Shown one piece after another: positions 19,224-27,896 of a stretch of DNA of 48,740 bases (the stretch's first letter is position 1; each line of letters starts with the position of its first letter). The notes under the pieces are model-generated. The model made no database searches. It saw nothing but the letters and a program-made list of their open reading frames with translations, and was not told where the DNA came from. Made by a program: the position numbers and the translations under genes. The DNA is taken from the NCBI GenBank assembly GCA_051439605.1, contig JBFRWN010000024.1, positions 1 through 48,740 on the forward strand, given 5' to 3'. Source of the stretch: Synechococcus sp. GTDB taxonomy: Bacteria; Cyanobacteriota; Cyanobacteriia; Thermostichales; PCC-7336.

Positions 19224-19295
19224 GCGGGTGTAGCTCAGTGGTAGAGCTTCTCGTTGCCAACGAGACGGTCGAGCGTTCGAATCGCTTCACCCGCT
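19224..19295 (+). tRNA. tRNA-Gly (anticodon GCC), CCA not encoded
   Basis: Cloverleaf: acceptor GCGGGTG/CACCCGC, D arm GCTC/GAGC, anticodon arm TCTCG-TTGCCAA-CGAGA, T loop TTCGAAT, discriminator U. Confidence 0.97.
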
Positions 19296-19576
19296 TTTTG
19301 CATTAGACCCCCACCAATAAGACTTCCGAGCGTTTACCTCCTTACAGGCAGGCGCTTTTGTATTTGCAATAAACTCGCCCCACTTGGACATATTTGGGCG
19401 GTTTTGGCGGTCTTATTGGTGCGAAATCGGTTGAGACGTTTGAAAAACTGTTGAGAGCGATCGCCGATTGTGGCTATGAAAAAGACTCCTTGGACGTTAG
19501 GTAAATCTGCTGCTCATACAGTCCAGGTGAACCTACCGATCGCCCCTTCGCGATTGATTTCACTCGGAGCTGGGAT

Positions 19577-19732
19577 ATATATTCGTAGCAAGAATTGGAA
19601 ATAAATTTGGCTGGCTGCTTATTGGGAATACATTACGTACAAAAAGAGCTTCCAGGCAAGTCATTCGCAATAAGATGGCTTCAATTTAGGCCTTATTGCA
19701 CTTATTGAGAATAACTACAAATATATTAAGCT
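19577..19732 (+). repeat. ~150-bp AT-rich non-coding element, copy 1 (inverted relative to the copy at 43093-43248)
   Basis: Hand alignment to the reverse complement of 43093-43248 gives ~20 mismatches and 2 gaps in ~157 columns. There is a 30-bp exact core at 19668-19697. The termini atatattcgtag (19577-19588) and ctacaaatatat (19715-19726) are inverted repeats. Confidence 0.9.
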
Positions 19733-19796
19733 CCATATCTATAGGTTTTAGCAGTTAGAGAAGAGTGGATGTAAAGAGCCTACAGGTTGCAATTTT

Positions 19797-22190
19797 TTAC
19801 TTAACAACACCCTTAAGAAGAACTTCATAGCTACGCTGCAGCCCCCAGACGCAGGGAGAAAAGAACACCTTCACCATTAACCACAACGATCGCCATTCGC
19901 TCGGTGCTTGCATCGCTTGCCATTGCCCGGGCTGACAGTACAGAAACTCCACCAAAGCCCGTAATTGGATGTCGCTAAGGGATTCAAAATGCACCCGTAT
20001 TGAAGCCCCATTGCTATCTTTGGGACGTACAGAAATAACGGAGCTGGTCAATCTCACGGCAGTATTGGGAATCGAAAACTCCACTAGGGGTGTTTTTTCA
20101 TGATTGGTTCGAGCTGTCCCAGCTTTTTCATCGTTCCAATTCTGCACCTGTAGCTCTGCGCCCACTTCAGAAATCGCGGTGGTTATAGCAGACAACCGAC
20201 GCTCTCCCACTCGCAACTGTACGGGAATACGGCGTTCGAACCACTCGTACATACTGGGTTTCGGAGCATCCCGCATCAGCATGATGGCAATACTCAACAC
20301 AAATAGGTTGTAGGCACTCCATACCCAGGCCAGCCGCATCCCCTCCAGCAATTTAGGGTCATCTGGCATCGGCAGCCACAGGCTGCCGCCCAGGGCCACA
20401 TTCACACTGACAGTCAGCGCCACCGCCGAAAGGGACCACAACACGATCAACGGCCAAGCCAAGTTCCAGTTGAAAATATGGCGATCGCTGGAAACCCCCT
20501 TGGGAGTGACCTGAAACTTTACGGAAAAGGGCTTGAGCAAGGTTTGCACAAGTGCCAGCGAAACCGGAATGCATTGGGCTACATCGTAAATATCGGAAGC
20601 GATCGCCGAGCGACTGCGTCCGTTTAACCAAGAGTAAGTCAGCAGATTGAGAACAAAAAAGGGTAGGAAAAAATACAGCCATTCTTGTAAGGACGTGCGC
20701 ATCGGAATCGCCCCAAAGATGACGTAGGCCAACGGCATCAATAAAAACACCACCCGAAAAAGGCTGAAAAACCACTGCGAGATTCCTTCGAGGTGGGATA
20801 GGCGCTGCAGCCAGTTGAACCCTGGCATTGTCACGGGATTGATGCGAATAAAGAACGACTGAATCGTGCCCCGCACCCACCGTTGCCGCTGCAATACGTG
20901 GCCTGTCATGTTGTCGGCACACAACCCCGCACTCAAACTCTCATCCAGATAAACCACCCGGTTGCCCTTAGAAGATAGATGCACGCCAGTGTAGTAGTCC
21001 TCGCTCAAGGACTCGGTCACAAAACCGTTGACATCCTCCAAAGCGCTGCGCCGCACCACAAACGAGCTGCCGTAGCATAACGCTGTCCCGTTGGTATCTC
21101 GTATAGGTTGATAGTGGCGGGAAAATATTTCGACTTCCTGTGGGAACTCCCGCTCGAGTCCTAGATTACGAGAAACTGGATCGGGGCTAAAAAAGCTTTG
21201 GTGGGTTTGGACTAAGCCGACGGAACGATCTTGAAAAAAACCCACAGTGCGGGTCAAAAAGTTTGAGGTGGGTACAAAATCGGCATCGAATACCGTAACC
21301 AATTCCCCACGAGTTTTGCCTAAGGCATAGTTGAGGTTACCAGCTTTGGCATGGATACTGCTGGGACGGCTGATGTAGTGGCAACCTAGCTGAGCCGCTA
21401 ACTGCCGAATCTCAGGACGATTCCCATCATCGAGCAAATATACCTGCTTGCGGGGATAGGCGATCGCCTGGCAGCCAATGGCAGTCCGCCGCAATATGGC
21501 CGCTGGCTCGTTATAGGTAGGAATCAAAATATCGACGGTGGGCTGATAAGTGCCGGCCACTACCGCCTCGGATTTGAGTTCAGCTTCAGGTCTCCTGGAT
21601 TTCACCCCCAGCAGCAGTATCCGTTGTAGCAGCATGCTGGCAATTCCCATCATCTCCATGCCGTAGAGTAGAAGGCTGAAAATTCCATCCACCGGTTCGG
21701 AAAGGTTCAAGGTAGCCAGCGATCTCCAGAAAACGTAACGCAGGATAGTGGCTATCAACAGCCCTACAACCAGCCAGCGAGACCAGCGCTGAGGACGGGG
21801 AGACAGCATCATAATCGCCTGGGCCATGACGATGAGTACGATGCTTGGAACCCATGCCACCAGAGTAGAGGTGGCAGGCAACTGCACCCAAGTAGGGGGA
21901 TGCAGTTGCAACTCGTTGAGGCCGGCAAATGTTTGCGAGAGGGTTGGCTCCCCCAATAACCAGGAAATGGAAATGGCCAATCCCAGAAAGAAAATGCCGC
22001 AGGTAACCACTGTTGCCGTATGCAATTTTCCCCAGGGAAACTGCGGCCATCGCAGAGGGGCAGAGTAGACGTTCTTCTCGGGGGTATATCTCTGCATAGC
22101 GGGGACAAAACTCCTGGGAATTGGGAGAGAAAGAGCTTCTACTTCGGAGGGATTGAGTTGGAATGACGATGAGGGTGACAGATTGTCCAA
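19797..22190 (-). CDS. Cellulose synthase catalytic subunit-like GT2 glycosyltransferase (BcsA-like) with PilZ-like C-terminal domain
   Basis: IPTYNEP, LLDDG, HAKAGNLN, FDADF, LSEDY, QRQRW, FQVTPK and multiple TMs. The true start may be ATG 22097. Confidence 0.88.
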   Translation of the reverse strand: MDNLSPSSSFQLNPSEVEALSLPIPRSFVPAMQRYTPEKNVYSAPLRWPQFPWGKLHTATVVTCGIFFLGLAISISWLLGEPTLSQTFAGLNELQLHPPTWVQLPATSTLVAWVPSIVLIVMAQAIMMLSPRPQRWSRWLVVGLLIATILRYVFWRSLATLNLSEPVDGIFSLLLYGMEMMGIASMLLQRILLLGVKSRRPEAELKSEAVVAGTYQPTVDILIPTYNEPAAILRRTAIGCQAIAYPRKQVYLLDDGNRPEIRQLAAQLGCHYISRPSSIHAKAGNLNYALGKTRGELVTVFDADFVPTSNFLTRTVGFFQDRSVGLVQTHQSFFSPDPVSRNLGLEREFPQEVEIFSRHYQPIRDTNGTALCYGSSFVVRRSALEDVNGFVTESLSEDYYTGVHLSSKGNRVVYLDESLSAGLCADNMTGHVLQRQRWVRGTIQSFFIRINPVTMPGFNWLQRLSHLEGISQWFFSLFRVVFLLMPLAYVIFGAIPMRTSLQEWLYFFLPFFVLNLLTYSWLNGRSRSAIASDIYDVAQCIPVSLALVQTLLKPFSVKFQVTPKGVSSDRHIFNWNLAWPLIVLWSLSAVALTVSVNVALGGSLWLPMPDDPKLLEGMRLAWVWSAYNLFVLSIAIMLMRDAPKPSMYEWFERRIPVQLRVGERRLSAITTAISEVGAELQVQNWNDEKAGTARTNHEKTPLVEFSIPNTAVRLTSSVISVRPKDSNGASIRVHFESLSDIQLRALVEFLYCQPGQWQAMQAPSEWRSLWLMVKVFFSPCVWGLQRSYEVLLKGVVK

Positions 22191-22315
22191 TTGCGTAAAT
22201 CAGACGGATCGCTATTTCCTTAAGTTCTTGCAAATAGTCTGAAAGACAGGTACCAATCCATCGGTAATAACGTTCGAAGCGCTGACAGCAGAAAGCTAGA
22301 TTGACTTCAATCGAA

Positions 22316-22333
22316 GTTACAGATCTTTACTAA
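22316..22333. promoter_or_regulatory. HLR1-like direct repeat (possible RpaB site) upstream of the BcsA-like gene
   Basis: GTTACAGA-TC-TTTACTAA against the consensus (G/T)TTACA(T/A)(T/A)-N2-(G/T)TTACA(T/A)(T/A); 2 mismatches. Confidence 0.4.
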
Positions 22334-22935
22334 GCATAGGCACGAAGGCGAACCTGGCAAGTGCACTGAGGGTAAAAATCACAAGGTTTGCCTCCTCCCC
22401 CCTTCAAGTGCGCAACGATACATAAAGGAAATCTACGGGCTTGCAAACAGTCAGTTACGCGTTAGCGCAAATCACAAAATCGTTATGTCTACAGCTTGCT
22501 AGCGGACAGTGAAGTACTCCTCAATAAACCTCATAGGAAAAATTAATTTTTCCTCTGAGGTTTCTCAGAAATAATTTAGCGCCTGACAATCACAGAAAAT
22601 GACTCCGCCCTTAAGGATTTCAAGGTTGAGCATCTACGAGTTTTACAAACAGCGATTTTTCTTGAAACAGCGGCTACATTGAGTGGGAATAGACATCGAT
22701 CGCACTTGCCACACTCAACTCCAAGCATTTGGACTAGCCTGCCGGTTGATCCTTGCAACAGGGCATTTTTAAGGGACTATTAGTAGCCTCGTACTAACTC
22801 CAATAGATGCTATTTCTGCTACCAGCGTTCCGGATACGGCTTGGCGACTGTCAGTCGATATGGTTACCTATCCCCGCCTAAACGCTGCAAGCAGTTTAGG
22901 CGCTGCTTTCAAACCGTTCAGTTGAGAGGATTCAC

Positions 22936-23610
22936 ATGAAGGATTTTGTAGAGAACTTGCTGCTATTGCACCCGATCCTGGCGGTGGTAGTGGTGTTTCC
23001 CACGATCGGTATCGTTGCTTACTACTCTTGGTTAACGCGCCAGCGCCGCTTAGCAACCCTCAGACAAGAAAAAAGTAAGATCCCCCCCGCGGTAGGGGTC
23101 GAACACGTCAAGGTCGGTCGCTGGCTAGCCTCCGGTGTACTGGGACTATCAGTCATAGGCCTGCTGCGACCCAGCTTTAAATATCTCCTTAATCAGGATG
23201 TCCTACCGGGCTTAGACACAGGTCTGATTACGCTATTTGCAGCCGCTACTATTGTTTCTTTCATCCTGCTCCTAAGGGCCAAAACCGCTCTGTGGCGCGG
23301 TCTGTTTGGTGGGTTCACGGCTTTATGGTTTATGCTGCTCTCGTTTCAAGATTTCGTGCTCGGACGAGAGGGGGGTGGGGCAATCTTTGAGCGTACCAAC
23401 GAATGGTATATTTCTCACTTTTATTTCGGTATAACGGTGGCCATGCTGATGGTATTTTCCGTTGCAATTCAGCCCGATATTTACAAAGACAAATCGAATA
23501 CTTGGCGAAAGGTTCACATTGTATTGAACTGTATCGCATTGCTGTTATTTATTGCTCAAGGGATGACCGGCACTCGCGATATTTACGATATTGCATTCTA
23601 CGCTAACTAG
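22936..23610 (+). CDS. DUF4079-family membrane protein
   Basis: LHPILAVVVVFP, RQRR...KSKIPPAVGVEHVKVGRW, SHFYFG, WRKVHIVLN, QGMTGTRD; GAGAGGA RBS. Confidence 0.85.
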   Translation: MKDFVENLLLLHPILAVVVVFPTIGIVAYYSWLTRQRRLATLRQEKSKIPPAVGVEHVKVGRWLASGVLGLSVIGLLRPSFKYLLNQDVLPGLDTGLITLFAAATIVSFILLLRAKTALWRGLFGGFTALWFMLLSFQDFVLGREGGGAIFERTNEWYISHFYFGITVAMLMVFSVAIQPDIYKDKSNTWRKVHIVLNCIALLLFIAQGMTGTRDIYDIAFYAN

Positions 23611-23895
23611 TCTCTGTTCAGGTCCCTATAACCTTTAGGCAAGACCGCCCTTTCCATTCTCGACTCTGATTATCAGTGCGATCGTTCTCAGAATGGTTCT
23701 TCAAACTGGTATGTCTCACCCAAAATGAATTTGAGCAAAGACTCTTGCGATTGCGCGATCGATACCCGGTTGCGCTTTTTTTTTTGATATGGTTCACCTC
23801 AGCCTACTGTTCTGCTCAAAAATAGCTTCTAATTGCTTGGGCCAGTGCGTATGGGTTTATCTGAACAATTCACCATCTAAGACAGGTTAAGAGTC

Positions 23896-25062
23896 ATGCA
23901 TAATAACCCCTCTAGCGACGCTTCTGAGAACATCAAACCCATTTCTCGCAAACCTACCCCCTCCAACCGCAACAGTCGGAGAGGATTCTTAACCAAGGCG
24001 GCAATGGCGACTACAGTCGCTGCCACTGCTGCTGCCAGTACAAAATATGGCCCAGTGTTCGCACAAACCCAACCCTCTGTTCGCTGGCGCATGGCTTCTA
24101 GCTATACCCCCAGCCTAGACACGGTGTACGGCGGTAGCGAAGCCTTTGTAGAAAAAGTGAATGTCCTCACTGGGGGAAACTTCTCGATTAAACTCTTTGC
24201 GTCCGGTGAGATTGTCCCTGGATTGGAGGTTCTGGATGCCGTTCAGCAGGGTACCGTGCAGGCCGGTCACACCAACTCCTACTATTACCGAGGCAAAAGC
24301 AACGCCCTTGCCTTCGACACGGCAGTGCCTTTCGGACTCAACTTCCGTCAGCAAAATGCTTGGTTGTACCACGCTGGTGGTCTAGAGCTGATGCAGGAGT
24401 TGTTGGCTACCTTCAACATCATTACCTTCCCCGGAGGCAGTACCGGCACTCAAATGGGCGGATGGTGGAAAAAAGAAATCAACACCCCCGAGGACCTACA
24501 AGGTCTCAACATGCGCATTCCAGGATTGGGGGGCGTTGTGATGAGCCGACTGGGGGTCAACGTTCAAAACTTGGCCGGAGGGGAAATTTTCCAAGCACTG
24601 CAACTGGGAACCATTGATGCTGCTGAATGGGTTGGCCCCTATGACGATGAGAAGCTGGGCTTGTATCAGGCAGCCAAAATCTATTACTACCCAGGCTGGT
24701 GGGAGCCTGCCTCGCAATATTCCTTCTACTTTAATTTAGATGAATGGAAGGCTCTGCCCAGTGCCTATCAAGACGCTCTGAAGACCGCAGCTGCGGCAAC
24801 CCATGTGGATATCATGGCCCGCTACGATGCTCGCAACCCTGATGCTCTCTCTCGGCTTATTGCAGAAGGAGTGGAGCTGAAGCGATTCCCGGATGCGGTC
24901 ATGGCAGCGGGTAGAGAGGCAGCTTTCGCGCTGTACGAGGAATTAGCGGCAGAAGATCCCGCCTATGCCAAAATCTATAGCGCCTGGAATACCTTCCGAG
25001 AAAAGTCTAATGCTTGGTTCGCAACCTCTGAATTGGGCTACACGGACTTTGCTTTCAGCTAG
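23896..25062 (+). CDS. TRAP transporter substrate-binding protein (DctP/TakP-like), Tat signal
   Basis: SRRGFL twin-arginine; VRWRMASS, QMGGWWKKEI, MRIPGLGG, LGTIDAAEWVGPYDD, YYPGWWEP. Confidence 0.92.
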   Translation: MHNNPSSDASENIKPISRKPTPSNRNSRRGFLTKAAMATTVAATAAASTKYGPVFAQTQPSVRWRMASSYTPSLDTVYGGSEAFVEKVNVLTGGNFSIKLFASGEIVPGLEVLDAVQQGTVQAGHTNSYYYRGKSNALAFDTAVPFGLNFRQQNAWLYHAGGLELMQELLATFNIITFPGGSTGTQMGGWWKKEINTPEDLQGLNMRIPGLGGVVMSRLGVNVQNLAGGEIFQALQLGTIDAAEWVGPYDDEKLGLYQAAKIYYYPGWWEPASQYSFYFNLDEWKALPSAYQDALKTAAAATHVDIMARYDARNPDALSRLIAEGVELKRFPDAVMAAGREAAFALYEELAAEDPAYAKIYSAWNTFREKSNAWFATSELGYTDFAFS

Positions 25063-25325
25063 CCACAAGTGCTCGAACGGCACGGGACATCATCAAGAAA
25101 TAGACTCAGTCCGCATGCAAAGGTACGGCGGTCGCTTGACCCGTATCCCTCTTGGTCAACGTTCGCCGTTTTTGATGTAACCAGTTTATCGAGCTAGCCA
25201 ATCTCTTGAGCTAACGAGTCATCTCCTTTCGCGGTATTGTGACACGTGGTTTTTCAATCTTGTGGTTATTGGTCGACGAACCGCCCCACAGGACCGACAA
25301 ACTGTCGTGAGTCAAAGGTCATCCC

Positions 25326-25661
25326 GTGCAACTGTCATACATCTTGCTAACAATCTCGATTGGATTGGGGGCGATCGGTCAAATTTGCTTAAAGATAGGA
25401 GCGTTGAAGTCAGATGCCGCTCCAATTTTTTTTCTTGAGCCTAGGGTCATCGTCGGCTTTGCCATCTACTTTATCTCGGCCCTGATGTATACCTTTGCCC
25501 TGAAAAAATTGCCGCTATCTGTGGCCTTTCCCAGCGTCTCTTTGAGCTATGTATTGGTCTCATTTTTGGCCCATCTTATCTTTAAGGAAGCATTTGGGGC
25601 ACGACAGATGTTCTCGTTGGTGTTAATTGCCAGTGGAGTCTTTTTACTCAATAAAAGCTAA
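25326..25661 (+). CDS. Small multidrug resistance / ArnE-like DMT membrane protein
   Basis: GQICLK, ALKKLPLSVAFP, four TM helices, 111 aa. Confidence 0.8.
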   Translation: MQLSYILLTISIGLGAIGQICLKIGALKSDAAPIFFLEPRVIVGFAIYFISALMYTFALKKLPLSVAFPSVSLSYVLVSFLAHLIFKEAFGARQMFSLVLIASGVFLLNKS

Positions 25662-25713
25662 ACAGAGAAAAACACCCATCACAGATGGCTACCAGGACCG
25701 CTCTGGAACATCC

Positions 25714-26430
25714 TTAGAGTTCTTGGACAGACTGCGAGATCGCATCCGTAAACCATCGGGTAATGGAGCCAGGGCGAGTGATGGCTGAGCCTACAACTAC
25801 TGCCCATGCGCCATTAGCGATCGCCTGGCCAGCCCATTCAGGAACATTAAAACGCCCTTCGGCAATGACGGGCAGGCTGTGGGTATCTGTCAACTTCGCC
25901 AGCAGGTCTAGATTGGGGCGATCTCCCAAAAGATGCGAGGTCTCCGGAGTATAGCCACTGAGGGTGGTGGACAGACAATCAGCCCCCGCCGCTACGCAGG
26001 CGGCAGCATCAGCCTCGGTAGAAATATCCGCCATCACAAGGCAGTCGTAGCGTTGTTTGACTTCTCGAATAAATTCGGGACCATTCAGTGAGCTGTCAGG
26101 GGCCGGACGGGGGCGCAGCGTCCCGTCAATTGCGACGATATCGCAGCCGGTTTCTAACAAGTTTCCCACCGCCTGAAACGAGCCAGTAATACAGACTGTG
26201 CCGTCAGGAAATCGAGTTTTCACCAGCCCAATCACGGGCAAAGACACCTGCTGCACAATGGAGATTGTCTTCTCAATCCCCTCCGATCGGATACCAGCAG
26301 CTCCATTCTGTGACGCCGCCCGAGCAAACATCGCCACCCCCTCGGGGGAGTTAAACGGACTGTCCCCCTCCGCTTGGCAGGAGACAATCAGGCGATGCCG
26401 CAGAGCACCGAAGAGCGAACGTTTGTCCAT
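25714..26430 (-). CDS. nanE: N-acetylmannosamine-6-phosphate 2-epimerase
   Basis: LIVSCQA, GAAGIR, PVIGLVK, AIDGTLRPRP, MADIST, TTLSGYT, IAEG, VVVGSAITRP; start probably at ATG 26430. Confidence 0.93.
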   Translation of the reverse strand: MDKRSLFGALRHRLIVSCQAEGDSPFNSPEGVAMFARAASQNGAAGIRSEGIEKTISIVQQVSLPVIGLVKTRFPDGTVCITGSFQAVGNLLETGCDIVAIDGTLRPRPAPDSSLNGPEFIREVKQRYDCLVMADISTEADAAACVAAGADCLSTTLSGYTPETSHLLGDRPNLDLLAKLTDTHSLPVIAEGRFNVPEWAGQAIANGAWAVVVGSAITRPGSITRWFTDAISQSVQEL

Positions 26431-26442
26431 GACTGACTCCAC

Positions 26443-27864
26443 TCACTCGCTGGCGACAGGGATGAGGTACCCTTTGCGGTCGTGCAGTTGTTTTAAAATC
26501 TCGGCATGGCGCTTGCGGGTAATGGGGTAGAAATAGGCCAACACCAATCCCAGCAAGAGGAACATCGACGGTAACGGACCGATTGCAGTACGAATGGCAA
26601 TCAAGGCAGATTCAGGCTGAGTGGGGAGATCGCTATTAAACCCTGAAAACTCCAGTGCCTGACCTACTAAAAATAACCCCATGGCCAAACCTAATTTTTG
26701 CAACAACACCATGAACGCATAAAACACCCCTTCACGCCTTTCACCCGTATTCAGTTCGTCTAAGTCAATTACATCGGGAATCATCGACCAGGGAATGAGA
26801 TAGGCAGTCGATACGCCAACCCCCGCTAAAAAGCAGAGGAAATAGAGAAAGCCTCGATCTCCTTGAGGGAGGAAAAATAGAAAAATCTGCGCGATAATCC
26901 AAAGCGACATCCCTAGAAAGTAAACAGCGCGCTTACCCAGCCTGCGGCTGAGGTAACTCCAAACAAACAGCATCACGATAGCTGTTCCCTGTACTGTAAT
27001 GGCGAGAGGAGTAGGATCTCCCATGTCCATCCAATATCTAGCGTAAAAGGGGATGATACTGGCAGTGAGCTGAAACGACAGCCAAGAGGCCAAATAAATA
27101 CCGATGACAAACAGAAATGCCTTGTTGCCAAACACCACTTTGATTTGATCGACAAAAGACAAGTGGTGCTCGGTGGCAGAACTGTAACGCTCTTCCGTCC
27201 CCCAGACACAGAGAAAAATAGGGATGACCGCTATGAGCGCAATTGCTCCCGCCAGAACGGCAAATGCCGTCTGCTGATCTTTTATCTGGCTAAAGATGAA
27301 TTGCGCCAAGGCCAAGGCGAGAATACTGCCGCTGATGGAGAAGGTGAATCGATAGCTGTTGAGGCTGGTGCGTTCGTTGTAGTCCTCTGTCAGTTCTGGG
27401 GTCAGGGCCGCGTAGGGCAGATTGAAGCAGGTGTAGAAGGTATGAAACAGGATTGCGATGACGGCATAGTAGCAAAACCAAGGCCAAGGGTTGGCCGCAA
27501 TATCGACGCCGAAGTCCGGCACCAACCAACCCACAAAGAAAAACACCCCGAAGGGAATGGCCGCCATCAGCATCCAAGAATGGCGACGACCCCAACGGGA
27601 TTTGGTGCGATCGCTAAGGCTACCAATAATGGGGTCATTAACAGCATCCCATCCCTTTCCAATCAGCAAGACGGTGCCTGCCAAACCAGCAGGAAGCCCG
27701 GCTACCTCTGTCAGGAAGAACAGCAGGTAAAACACCATGGTGGTGGCGGTCATACCGGCTCCCATATCCCCTACCCCAAATGCCAGCTTGGTCAGCAAGC
27801 TCAGCTTCTCGGAACGTTGAAGGGAGGCACCAGGTTGAATGTTGGTTTCGATGCTGGAACTCAT
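26443..27864 (-). CDS. MFS transporter, glycoside-pentoside-hexuronide (MelB/Mfsd2-like) family
   Basis: KLAFGVGD, WDAVNDPIIGSLSDRT.SRWGRR, PYAALTPELT.DYNERT, WSMIPDVIDLDEL.TGERREG. Confidence 0.92.
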   Translation of the reverse strand: MSSSIETNIQPGASLQRSEKLSLLTKLAFGVGDMGAGMTATTMVFYLLFFLTEVAGLPAGLAGTVLLIGKGWDAVNDPIIGSLSDRTKSRWGRRHSWMLMAAIPFGVFFFVGWLVPDFGVDIAANPWPWFCYYAVIAILFHTFYTCFNLPYAALTPELTEDYNERTSLNSYRFTFSISGSILALALAQFIFSQIKDQQTAFAVLAGAIALIAVIPIFLCVWGTEERYSSATEHHLSFVDQIKVVFGNKAFLFVIGIYLASWLSFQLTASIIPFYARYWMDMGDPTPLAITVQGTAIVMLFVWSYLSRRLGKRAVYFLGMSLWIIAQIFLFFLPQGDRGFLYFLCFLAGVGVSTAYLIPWSMIPDVIDLDELNTGERREGVFYAFMVLLQKLGLAMGLFLVGQALEFSGFNSDLPTQPESALIAIRTAIGPLPSMFLLLGLVLAYFYPITRKRHAEILKQLHDRKGYLIPVASE

Positions 27865-27896
27865 GAAAAACTAAGCCAATCTTACGAACGCTTCCC

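Noticed and set aside
19044..19454. Two 66-aa ORFs overlapping tRNA-Gly
   Set aside because: They overlap the tRNA and its promoter region (TTGACA at 19152-19157) and show no motifs.
19607..19708. 33-codon TTG-start ORF inside repeat copy 1 (LAGCLLGIHYVQKELPGKSFAIRWLQFRPYCTY), considered as a radical SAM precursor peptide
   Set aside because: The equivalent frame in copy 2, next to the rSAM gene, stops after 12 codons, and there is no RBS.
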